Shown here: positions 17,001 to 25,752 of the stretch, in pieces | How the letters are laid out: every line of letters starts with the position of its first letter | Numbering within the stretch: the stretch's first letter is position 1 | DNA from: an uncultured Rhodobacter sp. | Lineage (GTDB): Bacteria > Pseudomonadota > Alphaproteobacteria > Rhodobacterales > Rhodobacteraceae | Assembly: GCA_965201085.1 (NCBI GenBank) | Contig: CBDAVS010000005.1 | Span: 30,967-94,966 of the forward strand | Length of the DNA: 64,000 bases | Direction: 5' to 3' | Program-made: the position numbers and the translations under genes | Notes under the pieces: model-generated | What the model saw: only the letters and a program-made list of their open reading frames with translations | Told to the model about the DNA's origin: nothing | The model's database searches: none

Positions 17001-19584
17001 TCTCGCCCACCTGATAGGTGCCGGTGCGGTCCAGCGGCGGGTTGAGGCTGTAGTGGATGGCGCTGATGTCGGGGCCGGACGGTGGACTGCCCGGCCGTTG
17101 GTTCCCCATCTCGGCCGCCGCGCCGTCCGAACGCCCGTCCGCGGTCGCCGTCACCGACACCGTGTAGGTAAGGGCCGGATTCAGCATCAGCCAGGTCGCG
17201 GTCGTGCCGGAGACCCGGTAGGCGGGACTCCGCACGGTGCCGCCCCTATGCAGGACATGGGCCCTGTACCCCGTCGCCCCGGGCACCGCCGTCCAGGTTG
17301 CCGTCAACCCGTTCACGATCGGCGTCACCGTTAAACCGGAGGGCATCGCCAGGTCCGTCACCGTTAAATCGGTCGGCACGCCCTGGACGGCGCCTGACCA
17401 GTCGCCGTCGGTGTGCGTCTTCGTGCTGGATGCCGCCTTCGAGCGCACGCGCACGTCGTAGGTCACGCCGTTGGCCAGGCCAGTGATGTCCGTGCCCGGC
17501 TCGGCGGATTCGATCGTGGTCACGCCCGACCCTTCCCAGCCCGTGACGGTCGATGCCTTCCACTGCAGCCCGTAGCCCGCCGCGGCCGTCACCGCGGCCC
17601 AGTTGGCCGTCAACCGCCCGTCGCCCACCTCCAGCGTCACTCTCGGCGGCGGCACCCTGAAGCGGAAGATGCGCGGGAAGTCGAGTGTCGCCGTCGCCGT
17701 CTGCGTGCGCCCGTCCCTGGTGCCGGTCACCGTCACCGTGACCGACACACCCGTGCTTCCGTCGATGTCGGTCGGCGTGTCCGGCCTGCCGGAGATGGCG
17801 CCGGTGCGGGCGTTGATCTCCAGCCCCGAGGGCAGTTCGCCCGTCGTCAGCGCATAGGTGAAGGTCGAACCGTCCCTGAAGTCGGCGGTCTCCGGCCTAA
17901 GCGTCTCGAACCTCGCGCCCGCGCGCAGAACCGTCGGCAGCGCCGGATAGGTGAGGCTCGGTGCGCCCGACGTCATGCCTTCCGTATCGACAAACGTGTC
18001 CTGGAGTTCTTCTTTTGACGAATCCAGGGTCAAGATACGCACAACGTAAGCGGTCTCGGGGTCAAGGCCGGTGATCTCTTGGGACGTTACCATCTCGGTG
18101 ACCGTCGCCCTGTCGCCATCGTCGAAGATGAACGCCGTCTTCTTGCGCCAGCGCACGCTGTAGCCGTTCGGCGCGTGGCTCGCCGCCGTCCAGCGCGCCG
18201 TCAGTTCCCCCTGCGCGGTCGCCGTGACCGACAGGCCCGTCACCGCCGTCGGGAACCTGCTCCCTGAATCCTTTGGCGTGGCGGTCGCCGCGTTGGAAGG
18301 CTCGCTCCCGCCGATTTCGTTCACGGCGCGCACCCGAAAGGTGTATGACACGTCGTTCGTCAGGCCCGTCACCACAAGGCTGGGCTTCAATGCGCCGGGG
18401 TCCAGGCCGATCGCCATCCAGTCACCGCCATCGGTGCTGTACTCGAACCGCACCAGGGTGTCCCCTTCCGGGTGCGGATCCCAGGACAGCTTCACCTCGC
18501 GGTTGCCCGCCGCCGCCGTCAGTCCCGTGGGTGCCGCCGGCTTCTTCTTCTTCTTCGGCGTCGCGACCGTCGTCGGCGAAGCCAGGCCCGGCCCGACGTC
18601 GTTCACCGCCCGCACCTTGAAGTAGTATGTCCTGCCGTTCGTCAGGCCCGTCACCGTGTAGCTGGTCTCCGTGCCGCCGACCGACGTCCAGGTCCGACCG
18701 TTGTCCGGGCTGACCTCATAATCCTTCGGCTTTCCCCCGTGCGGGGGCTTATGCCAGGTCAGCTCCACCTGACCGTCGCCCGCCTCAGCCACCGGTTGCC
18801 CCGGCCTGCCCGGCGCAATCGCCGGCGTCACGTTCCTGGACTCCGTCGGCACGCCCAGAATCCTTGAAGCGCCGTTCCCGGCCACGTCACCCACCGCCCG
18901 TAGCCTGAATGTGTAGGGCCGGTCGTTGGTCAGGCCGGTAATCTTGTGGTCGAGGTCATTCCTGCCGATGGTGGTCGCCTGCCAGCCGTCTCCCGGGTCA
19001 ACCTCGTAGCCCGTGATTCTGTCGTCCGCGGGCGGCGTCCAGCGCAGGATCACCACCGTGTCCCCCGCCTCGGCCACGAAGTCCGTCGGGGCCGGTATGG
19101 TCGTCGGCGTGCCCGCCACCGACGTGTGGCCGCCCCGTATTTCTTGTCCATTCCCGTCCAGCTTGTCCACCCGCACCACATAGGCCTTGTCGAGTTCAAG
19201 GCCAGTGATCGTGTAGCTCGTGCCGGTTTCCACCTCTCCGTTCGATAGGCTGGACCCCGCCTCCTTTACCCGCCAGCGCACCAGATAGCCCCCGGGCGAG
19301 TCCTCCGCCATCGTCCAGCTCACCTCCAGCGACCCGTTAACCGACTCGACAGTGAGATCCTCCAAGGGTTCGACCGGAGTTTGCGCCTGCGCGGCGGCGG
19401 GCAGGAGACCGGCGAGGAGCGTCGCGCAGGCGAGCAGCGCGGCCGCTAGCCGGATGAACCCCCTAGCGGCGGACTTCCGGGGGGGGGGGGGGGGGGTGAT
19501 AGAACCGAAACCGGATACGGAACTAGAGGGGCAACCGTCCCTTAAAACCGCCGTTGCCGCATTGACCGCGCCGCGTTCCGTCAT
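14026..19584 (-). CDS. Giant autotransporter adhesin-like protein (1852 aa) with FN3 repeats, Ig-like repeats, a Calx-beta domain and a C-terminal beta-barrel
   Basis: The signal peptide is RKSAARGFIRLAAALLACATLLAGLLPAAAQA|QT. Multiple FN3-like units recur (…V.W..P..G…Y.VR.R / YTFRVRAVN). Two He_PIG-like repeats are present (GLEINARTGAISGRP...VTGTRDGRTQTATAT and GLEIDPGTGAITGRP...ATGTRDGRTQTATAT). The Calx-beta domain reads LSVGDAEGDEGDVLEFAVTLS...GEDYEAGDGELVFAPGDTSRTVRVRTLDDAHDDPGETFRVVL. The C-terminal ~480 aa is Gly/Ala/Leu/Arg-rich with alternating beta-strand pattern and ends LELGVRW*, as autotransporter barrels do. Confidence 0.85.
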   Translation of the reverse strand: MTERGAVNAATAVLRDGCPSSSVSGFGSITPPPPPRKSAARGFIRLAAALLACATLLAGLLPAAAQAQTPVEPLEDLTVESVNGSLEVSWTMAEDSPGGYLVRWRVKEAGSSLSNGEVETGTSYTITGLELDKAYVVRVDKLDGNGQEIRGGHTSVAGTPTTIPAPTDFVAEAGDTVVILRWTPPADDRITGYEVDPGDGWQATTIGRNDLDHKITGLTNDRPYTFRLRAVGDVAGNGASRILGVPTESRNVTPAIAPGRPGQPVAEAGDGQVELTWHKPPHGGKPKDYEVSPDNGRTWTSVGGTETSYTVTGLTNGRTYYFKVRAVNDVGPGLASPTTVATPKKKKKPAAPTGLTAAAGNREVKLSWDPHPEGDTLVRFEYSTDGGDWMAIGLDPGALKPSLVVTGLTNDVSYTFRVRAVNEIGGSEPSNAATATPKDSGSRFPTAVTGLSVTATAQGELTARWTAASHAPNGYSVRWRKKTAFIFDDGDRATVTEMVTSQEITGLDPETAYVVRILTLDSSKEELQDTFVDTEGMTSGAPSLTYPALPTVLRAGARFETLRPETADFRDGSTFTYALTTGELPSGLEINARTGAISGRPDTPTDIDGSTGVSVTVTVTGTRDGRTQTATATLDFPRIFRFRVPPPRVTLEVGDGRLTANWAAVTAAAGYGLQWKASTVTGWEGSGVTTIESAEPGTDITGLANGVTYDVRVRSKAASSTKTHTDGDWSGAVQGVPTDLTVTDLAMPSGLTVTPIVNGLTATWTAVPGATGYRAHVLHRGGTVRSPAYRVSGTTATWLMLNPALTYTVSVTATADGRSDGAAAEMGNQRPGSPPSGPDISAIHYSLNPPLDRTGTYQVGERIQIRIDFRMPVEMDVSDGRPAIGLKIGDAADAVRQVPLFVAWSSENALYANYQVKVGDVDSNGISIAANAIRLNGGRISVSDTDAGLDLSHPALPDDPNRRVNGGTETNPNAPGITTPTEPTYASQGVAFDLTVSASDADGDDLLYYASLPIRDPEVLDVTPRLPARTALVSGTGTVRVTPLLAGRDAMFTVTVEDDVLPRKHDIAQFEVRVAGLSYTAVPTGLTAGTEIEAMTPELLHFEEGSGITYAVTEGTLPSGLEIDPGTGAITGRPSAPNSGPASVTVTATGTRDGRTQTATATVAFPAVTGGTQPSQQNAGPITTTPTKAANLQVVPADGGLWLLWTPAASAPNGYSVRWRKKGPGHRLSPVNEVDGTAYDITGLENGRTYVVRVDTRNAADDGVQAGTRVTATGTPSPTLSVGDAEGDEGDVLEFAVTLSSVSTREARVRWRTEPGTARAGEDYEAGDGELVFAPGDTSRTVRVRTLDDAHDDPGETFRVVLSDARGAVLEDDEAVGTILNSDPLPGAWLAHFGRTVAEHALDGVARRLSADRAHGARGMLAGIPLGRGGARSGERILLSGADLHGDREGALSRPGGRAMTVVEALAASGFALTGERDGSGASMALWARGARSGFDAETGAADLDGTVATAMLGVDYGGGDWLGGVALAWSDGEGRYDGAKSYAMEASLGGVVPYASLRASERLGLWGAAGHGTGTMTLTPEGGTAMKADLDWSMMAAGLRGDLLAPQAARGPALALVSDALWSRTGSARVVATGGTLAASESEVTRLRLGLEGRWSVPLEDGGGFTPRAEAGIRHDGGDAGRGLGVELGGGVAWEAPRLGLSLDLSGRTLLAHRSDGRRERGFSAALGYDADPGSGRGLSLGLRRETGGRSGGGLDALFAAEPLHGRAAGEAADRWSAQAAYGLPAFGGRLTAGPSVGARFERGSRDYSLGWRLVPEAGAPELSLRAEATLMERGGAETGHGLRLELGVRW
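19479..19496. repeat. Homopolymer of 18 G (C18 on the coding strand) inside the 5' end of the autotransporter ORF
   Basis: I counted it directly: gg, then 10 g, then 6 g at 19479-19496. It encodes T-PPPPP-R between Met1 and the signal peptide. Confidence 0.95.
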
Positions 19585-20158
19585 CCCAGCCCCGCTTCAT
19601 GCTCCAAGGTTCATCACATTACCGGCGTTCCACCGGATCATCAAGCGGTTTCCTGAAAAAGCGCTCGGCAGGCTGCGGCGGAAGATGGCCCCGTCCGCGG
19701 TGTCCGGAAAGCGATCCATTGATAAAAAAGGGGAAAATCCCCGCCACGCCGCTCCCGGGACGCGCCTCCCGCCCTGCGGACATCCGGCCCAGGCGGCCGC
19801 GCGGAACGGGGCCTTCTTCCGCCGCGGCGACCTGGGCCGCGCGCAGTCGTCGAGAGGTGATTCGGAAGCGCATGGGGACGCGCGCCGAAGGTCCGGTCCC
19901 AGGCGCCTCGGGCATCATGCCGGCGGGTTCGCCGGACGCCGCGGCGGCGGATAGACGATGGCCACACGATCCGGCATTTCGGAGAGCGTCATGCGAGAGG
20001 ACGTTATGAACCTGACCGTCGGATGCGACGGGCGGGCGCGGCGCAGTCTGGCGCTGGCGCGACTGTGGGTCCATTCCGGTCGGTCCGCCGTAAGAAGATT
20101 TTCGGATCGGGTTTCAGCATACTGCAGGGCTCAGTTAGAAGAGGTCGGCGCTGGCGAG

Positions 20159-20711
20159 CTGGAAGCCTCTGAAAGCCCGGCCTTTCCGCACGTGTCCCGA
20201 TTCGTTGGATCCGGGAGGAACCGGAGATGCGCGGCCCCGGTTCTTCCGGTCTCCCGGATCATCCCCGCCGCCCGCCCGGACACGCGGGTGGTCTCCGTCC
20301 GCGACCGGGAAGGCGACCTGCGGGACCTCCTCTCCGGGGCCGACCTTCACGGCGACGCTCTCTCTGTCAGGGCGGGCCGCCCGGCGAAGCGGCGGAGTGC
20401 CTGTGGGACCATGTCGCCGCGCCGCACCGGCAGCTCCTGACCACGGAGCGTCCGGCGGAGGGGGAGGCCGACGCCGTGTTCGCCGCGACGGTTCTGGACC
20501 GGTACCTCAGCCGCCGGACGGTCAGGCACCCGACATCCGGACATCCGTCATCGACCCGGGGCACCCCGTCGGCTCGCATCCGAACCCGCAGCCGCCGGGG
20601 CGAAGAATGTCCGGCAGGGGCCCGGGCGGCTGACCCGGGCCATCCAGGTCGTGACGCCCTCGGAAAGCGGAGACGGGAATGGGATAGTGCATAGGTGTGG
20701 GACTTTGTAAG
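20159..20711 (+). mobile_element. Internally deleted Tn5-like IS remnant
   Basis: It starts with the ctggaagcctc terminal module shared with 2046 (reverse complement). It then reads ...PAARPDTRVVSVRDREGDLRDLLSGADLHGDALSVRAGRPAKRR (second DDE Asp, DREGD box) and ...LLTTERPAEGEADAVFAATVLDRY. It jumps directly to ...DIRTSVIDPGHPVGSHPNP and ends ...ggtgtgggactttgtaag. The same terminus is seen, reverse-complemented, at 57633. Confidence 0.6.
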
Positions 20712-20719
20712 ACGCAGAC

Positions 20720-20930
20720 CGGCGCGTTCAGCGGGAAGCTGCAGAACCATGCGCACAGCGCCGCGCCGCGGCTTCCCGCGCATCCACCGGACCTTAAGGC
20801 GACTCCCCCGATGGAGGCAGGCGTCACGGACAGGCTGTGGCACAACGACGGCATCGCGCGGCAGGTCGAGGCGGCCCGAGCCGAAGCCTGGCCCCCGAGA
20901 CCCCTGCAGCAGGAAATCAAGTTCAAACCT
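20720..20930 (+). pseudogene. Remnant of a transposase C-terminal tail, family uncertain
   Basis: Two frames give ...GFPRIHRTLRRLP and ...LKATPPMEAGVTDRLWHNDGIARQVEAARAE followed by EPKPGPRDPCSRK. This resembles the (N)FxRxHxTLRxTPAMAAGVTDxxW...KRGPYKK tail that I associate with IS1/IS1595-like transposases. Confidence 0.3.
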
Positions 20931-21117
20931 ACCCACTACCCCCGCGTTCGGCCTCCTGTCGGTGCGCCCGTTCTTCTCCAAGCCGCCCGATCCATCGCTC
21001 CGCAAGCCAAGTCGGAGACCTTCAACCGCCGCGGCAACCGAAAATGACGGTTGGCAAGTTTTGCGTATCAGTTCCAAACGATGCCAGACATGGATCACCC
21101 CCGGTCCGGCAGAATCA

Positions 21118-21894
21118 TCACCGCCGGAAACCGGGGCTTCCATGCGTTGGAATCGATCCACCAGCATGGTCTGGTCGGTGTTCGCAGCCTGCTTGCTTCG
21201 CTCTCACCAGAGCGACGAAGCGCTCCAATACCGCGAAGCCCTGATCTGAGGTGAAGCACTGTGAAACATAAGCGTCAACGTCGTGTCCCTTCACCTCGAA
21301 CGCTGGCCGGTTCTGTTCCAGCCAGGTTTCAAGATCTTCACCGGCCATCTCCAGGTGCGGCTGCACCCCCCAGACAAGGCCGCGCGACCAACGCCAAAGA
21401 TGATTGCCGCAACCGGATCCGGAGGCCAAGACCTCGATTTCCGGCATGTCATCGCGCACTTCGTCACCGTGCCAGTGATAAACGTCAAACTCTGCAGGCA
21501 GTGCCGTGCACAGGTGGTCGTGGTTCTGCGCCTCGCGCGTCATAGAGATTGTCCCACGCCCACCCTCATGCGAGGCCCGTTGAAAGACCGCGTCCCGAGC
21601 CACCAGCGCTGAGGCCAGCACCTGACATCCGAAACACAAGCCGATCATCGGTATGGATCTGTCGGCCAGTCTTGGCAACAGATCGTGCAGTCGGTGCACC
21701 CAATCCAGATCGTCATAGGCTCCGTTGAAACTTGGACTTACGTAAGCGCCGCAGAAGCGGGTGTGGCCCGGGAATTCATTCAGATTGGTGCGATAGGTCT
21801 CGATGCGCATTCCACTTGCGGCCAGGTGCCGATCAAAGCGCGTCACTGGCTGGCGGGCATGCCAGTTGTTCAAGTATAGAAAGGGTTGGTCCAC
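21118..21894 (-). CDS. Class I glutamine amidotransferase-like protein
   Basis: The nucleophile elbow is IPMIGLCFGCQVLA. The motif HWHGDEV and the GMP-synthase-like GATase1 fold pattern are present. A GTG start overlaps the hyuB stop by 1 nt. The C-terminal ~30 aa may be read-through. Confidence 0.7.
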   Translation of the reverse strand: MDQPFLYLNNWHARQPVTRFDRHLAASGMRIETYRTNLNEFPGHTRFCGAYVSPSFNGAYDDLDWVHRLHDLLPRLADRSIPMIGLCFGCQVLASALVARDAVFQRASHEGGRGTISMTREAQNHDHLCTALPAEFDVYHWHGDEVRDDMPEIEVLASGSGCGNHLWRWSRGLVWGVQPHLEMAGEDLETWLEQNRPAFEVKGHDVDAYVSQCFTSDQGFAVLERFVALVRAKQAGCEHRPDHAGGSIPTHGSPGFRR

Positions 21895-23633
21895 TATGCC
21901 GCTCCCGAATGCTTCCCATGCGCTGCGCGCCTGGCTGTCAGGTCCATTGACCCGTCTTCAAGGATCGCTACCTCGTAGTCTCTCAGGGCGTCTTCAACAG
22001 TGATCAGGCCATCCAGAACGTCCTGGCGAACACGTTCGGGGTCTCGGCAGATCGGATCGCCGAAGCCTCCCCCACCGGGCATCTCCAGAACAAGCCGCTT
22101 GCTGTAAGGAACGGTCTGCCGTCCCTTGCTTTTGAGACGTTCACCGGAATCCAGACGCACAATGCCGATCGCACCGTCATGCCCTCCGTGACGTCCCTTT
22201 GGCCGGTGCCAGGTGCGGTCGAACATCGCCGCGACGCTGAACGGAGCGCCATTCTCGCAGCCAAATTCAAGCACCTGCCCCAGGCCGCCGCGATACTGCC
22301 CCGCCCCGCCAGAGCCTTCGCGGAACTCTTTGCGCCAAATGATCAGCGGATAATCCGCCTCGATGGCCTCAACGGGCGGCGTACGGACGCCGGAGGGAAA
22401 GGCCGTTGCAGACATACCGTCGAGGGTTGGGCGACCGCCCGTCCCGCCAGTGTTGAACGAAATGACGTCAAAGTCTTCGGTCATGACCGGAGAATGGTCC
22501 GCCACTTCAGGATCGACCGCCGTCCTGCCGCCCCGGAACATTGGGTTCCACATCGCGCCGGCACCTTCCGCCGGAACCTTGTCAGGAGCGGCCTGCGCCA
22601 GGCATCCAAAAACAAGATCAGGCAGCATCTGGCCAATCACATGACGGGCCGAGACCGGCATGGGTCGCTGAACATTCAGGATGGAACCGACCGGCGCACG
22701 GACCTGTACCACGTTGATCGATCCTGCATTGCACGGCACATTCGGGCCAATGATGCAGTTCACGCCGAAGACCGTATAGGCGATGCAGAAATTCATCACG
22801 ACGTTGATGCCGAACAGGCAGGCGCCGGAGGTGCCGCCATAATCGACACTCAGCTGATCTCCGTGGACTGTCAGTGTTGCCTTCAGCCGGATCGGGTCGG
22901 TAAACCCGTCAAGCTCGGTTTCGTTGCTATAGACGCCGTCCGGCAGGTCCCTGATCGCGGCCCGGATGCTGCCTTCGGACTGTTCGATGATGTAATCGCC
23001 AACCTCCTCGATATCATCAAGGCCAAACTCTTCGAGAATGGAAACAAGACGACGCGCCCCTTCGTCGTTGCAGGTCATCATGGCGTAAAAATCGCCTTCC
23101 ATGTCCCCGGGATTCCGCACATTGGTCCACAGCAGACCCATCAGATCCCCGTTCACCTCTCCTTCGCGGGCCAGGTGCATGATCGGTATGTTGATGCCTT
23201 CCTCGTAGACCTGGCGGCTGTCCGGGCCAAAACCACGACCGCCCATATCGACAATGTGGCAGGTGTTGGCCAGCAGCCCCACCATGCGCCCCCTGTAAAA
23301 GGCAGGCGTAACCACTGTGACGTCGTGATAGTGACCGACCGAAAGCCAGGGGTCATTCGTGCAGTAGACATCGCCAGGCTTCATCCCATCGACGGGAAAT
23401 TTCTCAACGAAGTGCTTCACGCATATCGCCATGGCATTCACATGCCCGGGTGTTCCGGTGACCGCCTGCGCAACCATATCGCCCCTGCGGTTGAAGACAC
23501 CTGCCGACAGGTCACCGCATTCACGCACCGGCTGGCTGAACGCCGTTCTGATGACCGTTTGAGCCTGTTCTTCGATCGCGGAAACCAGGCGGCTCCAGAT
23601 CAGCTGTCGGCGCAGGAGTTCAAGCTCTTTCAT
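21894..23633 (-). CDS. hyuB: Hydantoinase B/oxoprolinase family protein
   Basis: From ATG 23633 it reads MKELELLRRQLIWSRLVSAIEEQAQTVIRTAFSQPVRECGDLSAGVF...GTPGHVNAM...DPWLSVGHYHDVTV... These are typical HyuB blocks. The start overlaps the hyuA stop by 14 nt. Confidence 0.9.
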   Translation of the reverse strand: MKELELLRRQLIWSRLVSAIEEQAQTVIRTAFSQPVRECGDLSAGVFNRRGDMVAQAVTGTPGHVNAMAICVKHFVEKFPVDGMKPGDVYCTNDPWLSVGHYHDVTVVTPAFYRGRMVGLLANTCHIVDMGGRGFGPDSRQVYEEGINIPIMHLAREGEVNGDLMGLLWTNVRNPGDMEGDFYAMMTCNDEGARRLVSILEEFGLDDIEEVGDYIIEQSEGSIRAAIRDLPDGVYSNETELDGFTDPIRLKATLTVHGDQLSVDYGGTSGACLFGINVVMNFCIAYTVFGVNCIIGPNVPCNAGSINVVQVRAPVGSILNVQRPMPVSARHVIGQMLPDLVFGCLAQAAPDKVPAEGAGAMWNPMFRGGRTAVDPEVADHSPVMTEDFDVISFNTGGTGGRPTLDGMSATAFPSGVRTPPVEAIEADYPLIIWRKEFREGSGGAGQYRGGLGQVLEFGCENGAPFSVAAMFDRTWHRPKGRHGGHDGAIGIVRLDSGERLKSKGRQTVPYSKRLVLEMPGGGGFGDPICRDPERVRQDVLDGLITVEDALRDYEVAILEDGSMDLTARRAAHGKHSGAA

Positions 23634-25752
23634 GATTATGGTCCTGATCTGGTGTCTGGATGGATATGGGGATCCGGCGAAGCTCAACGTCGCCGCTGTC
23701 CAGCATACGCGCATCGAACTGTGAGGAGACAACGATTGACGTCTCGTTCTCGGTGACGATCACCGGGCCCGAGACAGGGCCGACCGCGCCCAGTCCATGG
23801 CGGGGCACGATGGCGAACATCTGTTCGCTTTGCGAAGCGCTGTCGAAGACCTCGCGGCGGCTGGCCGGGATATCCTCTTTCCGGCCGGATGCACAGGGAC
23901 CGAGATCGGGATGCGGGTCGGTGCTGACCGCGACCGACAGGGTTACAATCTCGCCTGCTGCTATATCGCTGATACTGCGTCCAAATACACGCCGGTATTC
24001 CGCGTCAAAGAGGGCCTGCATGCGCTCGGCAGCACCTTCTTCCAGCGGGCCCTCTGGCAAGGCGACCGGGATTTCATGTCCCTGACCATGATACCGCATA
24101 AAGGCGATGCGCCGCGCCGTCAGATCAGCATTCGGTTCAGCGCCCAGCATCACATGGGCATGCGCCTGTGACTGCATCGCCGCCAAGGCAGCGTTGGCGG
24201 CGTCAGCGGAGAAACTGTCCAGGTGTTGGTAATGCGTCTGCACTACCTCAAAGGAAATCGGCGCGCGAAGGAAGCCGATGGCTGAGCCGACGCCGGCATT
24301 GACCGGAATGACAATACGATCTATGCCCAGTTTGTCGGCCATTTGACATACATGCAGCGGCGCCGCGCCGCCAAAGGCAATCAATGCACGGTCATCCGTG
24401 TTTTTCCCGCTTTCAATCGCATGGACGCGTGCGGCGCTGGCCATGTTCTCACACACCATTTCGGTGATCCCGAAGGCGGCGGCGATAATGCCTATTCCCA
24501 TTGGAGCGCCGACTGCCGAGGCAATCGACGCGTCTGCGCCCTCCGCATCAAGCTGCATCGCGCCACCTGCAAAGCCAAACGGAGCAATGCGCCCCATCGC
24601 CACATTTGCGTCTGTTACCGTGGGCCGTGTCCCGCCACGCCCGTAGCAGGCCGGTCCGGGTTCCGATCCGGCACTTTCGGGTCCGACAGCCAGCCGCCCC
24701 ATCTCGTCAATATATGCGACAGACCCGCCACCGGCACCGATTTCGACCATGTCAATGACCGGGATGCGAAGGGGTATCCCGCTGTCTTTGCGAAACCTGT
24801 AGACCCGGGCGACTTCGAAGCGGCGGCTGGTCTGGGCGGCGGCATCGTCGATCAGGCAGATTTTGGCGGTAGTCCCGCCCATATCGAAAGAGATGGCCCT
24901 CTCGAGTTTCAGGCGCCGGGCTACGTCACACGCAAAGATCGCGCCGCCCGCCGGACCGGATTCGATCAGCCGCACCGGGAATTCGCAAGCCGTCTTGACG
25001 GTGGTCAGTCCTCCGCTGGACAGCATCATGAAAATTTCACAGCCAACGCCCGCGTCTTTCATGCGCACGTCGAATTCGGTCAGGTATTTTGAGACCTGCG
25101 GCTGCACATAGGCATTGGTGCAGGTGGTCGAGAAACGTTCGAACTCGCGGAATTCAGGAGAGATGTCCGAGGAAATGGATATCATCCAATCCGGGCGTCT
25201 GGCAGCGAAGAATTCGCGCGCCCGCATTTCATGCACCGCGTTCACGTAGGAATGCAGAAAGCAGATCGCCAGGGACTGCGTTCCAGCCGCGTCCAGCTGG
25301 GGCAGAAGCTCCTCAAGCTGGCGCAAGGCGAGTGGCAGCAGAATCTCGCCGGCGCGGTTGAGGCGCTCCGTGACGGTAAATCGGCGGCGGCGCGGCACGA
25401 GAGGTTCCGGCTTGAGAATGTTGACATCGTACTGTTCGGGACGCCCCTCGGTACCGATTTCGATCACATCCCGGAACCCTTCCGTCGTGATCATCGAGGT
25501 AACCGCGCCCTTACGCTCGATCAGAGCGTTGGTCGCAAGCGTTGTGCCATGCACAATGAGGTCGATATCTTCAGGTTTGACGCACGCTTGGCGCACCACC
25601 CTGGACAGACCCTCCATACAGGCGTCAACGGGATTTTCCAAAGTGGTAAGAAGCTTTGCGGTCAAACGGCGCTGACCAAATTCAAGCGCTATATCGGTGA
25701 ATGTTCCTCCGATGTCGATCCCGACCCGCGCTGAGATGTTCTTGTCCGGCAT
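23620..25752 (-). CDS. hyuA: Hydantoinase A/oxoprolinase family protein
   Basis: MPDKNISARVGIDIGGTFTDIAL...IVHGTTLATNALIERKG...SFDMGGTTAKICLI... It has the N-terminal hydantoinase/oxoprolinase and ASKHA-fold motifs in an intact 710-aa ORF. Confidence 0.9.
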   Translation of the reverse strand: MPDKNISARVGIDIGGTFTDIALEFGQRRLTAKLLTTLENPVDACMEGLSRVVRQACVKPEDIDLIVHGTTLATNALIERKGAVTSMITTEGFRDVIEIGTEGRPEQYDVNILKPEPLVPRRRRFTVTERLNRAGEILLPLALRQLEELLPQLDAAGTQSLAICFLHSYVNAVHEMRAREFFAARRPDWMISISSDISPEFREFERFSTTCTNAYVQPQVSKYLTEFDVRMKDAGVGCEIFMMLSSGGLTTVKTACEFPVRLIESGPAGGAIFACDVARRLKLERAISFDMGGTTAKICLIDDAAAQTSRRFEVARVYRFRKDSGIPLRIPVIDMVEIGAGGGSVAYIDEMGRLAVGPESAGSEPGPACYGRGGTRPTVTDANVAMGRIAPFGFAGGAMQLDAEGADASIASAVGAPMGIGIIAAAFGITEMVCENMASAARVHAIESGKNTDDRALIAFGGAAPLHVCQMADKLGIDRIVIPVNAGVGSAIGFLRAPISFEVVQTHYQHLDSFSADAANAALAAMQSQAHAHVMLGAEPNADLTARRIAFMRYHGQGHEIPVALPEGPLEEGAAERMQALFDAEYRRVFGRSISDIAAGEIVTLSVAVSTDPHPDLGPCASGRKEDIPASRREVFDSASQSEQMFAIVPRHGLGAVGPVSGPVIVTENETSIVVSSQFDARMLDSGDVELRRIPISIQTPDQDHNHERA

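Noticed and set aside
18541-18555. (CTT)5 tandem repeat inside the autotransporter gene as a second phase-variation tract
   Set aside because: The repeat unit is 3 nt, so slippage stays in frame. It simply encodes a KKKKK linker (PKKKKKPAAP). The GGGGCT-type repeat at about 35604-35630 is likewise short and lies in non-coding or decayed DNA.
14207-19248. Dozens of 60-340-aa ORFs on both strands within the autotransporter gene (for example 14393-15421 and 13768-14889)
   Set aside because: These are alternative-frame or antisense artefacts of a 68% GC gene. The 1852-aa frame alone has a signal peptide, repeated domains and a terminal barrel.
22179-23756. 525-aa plus-strand ORF
   Set aside because: It is antisense to hyuB and the end of hyuA. 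It has no recognisable motifs, while the sense-strand proteins match the hydantoinase families over their whole length.
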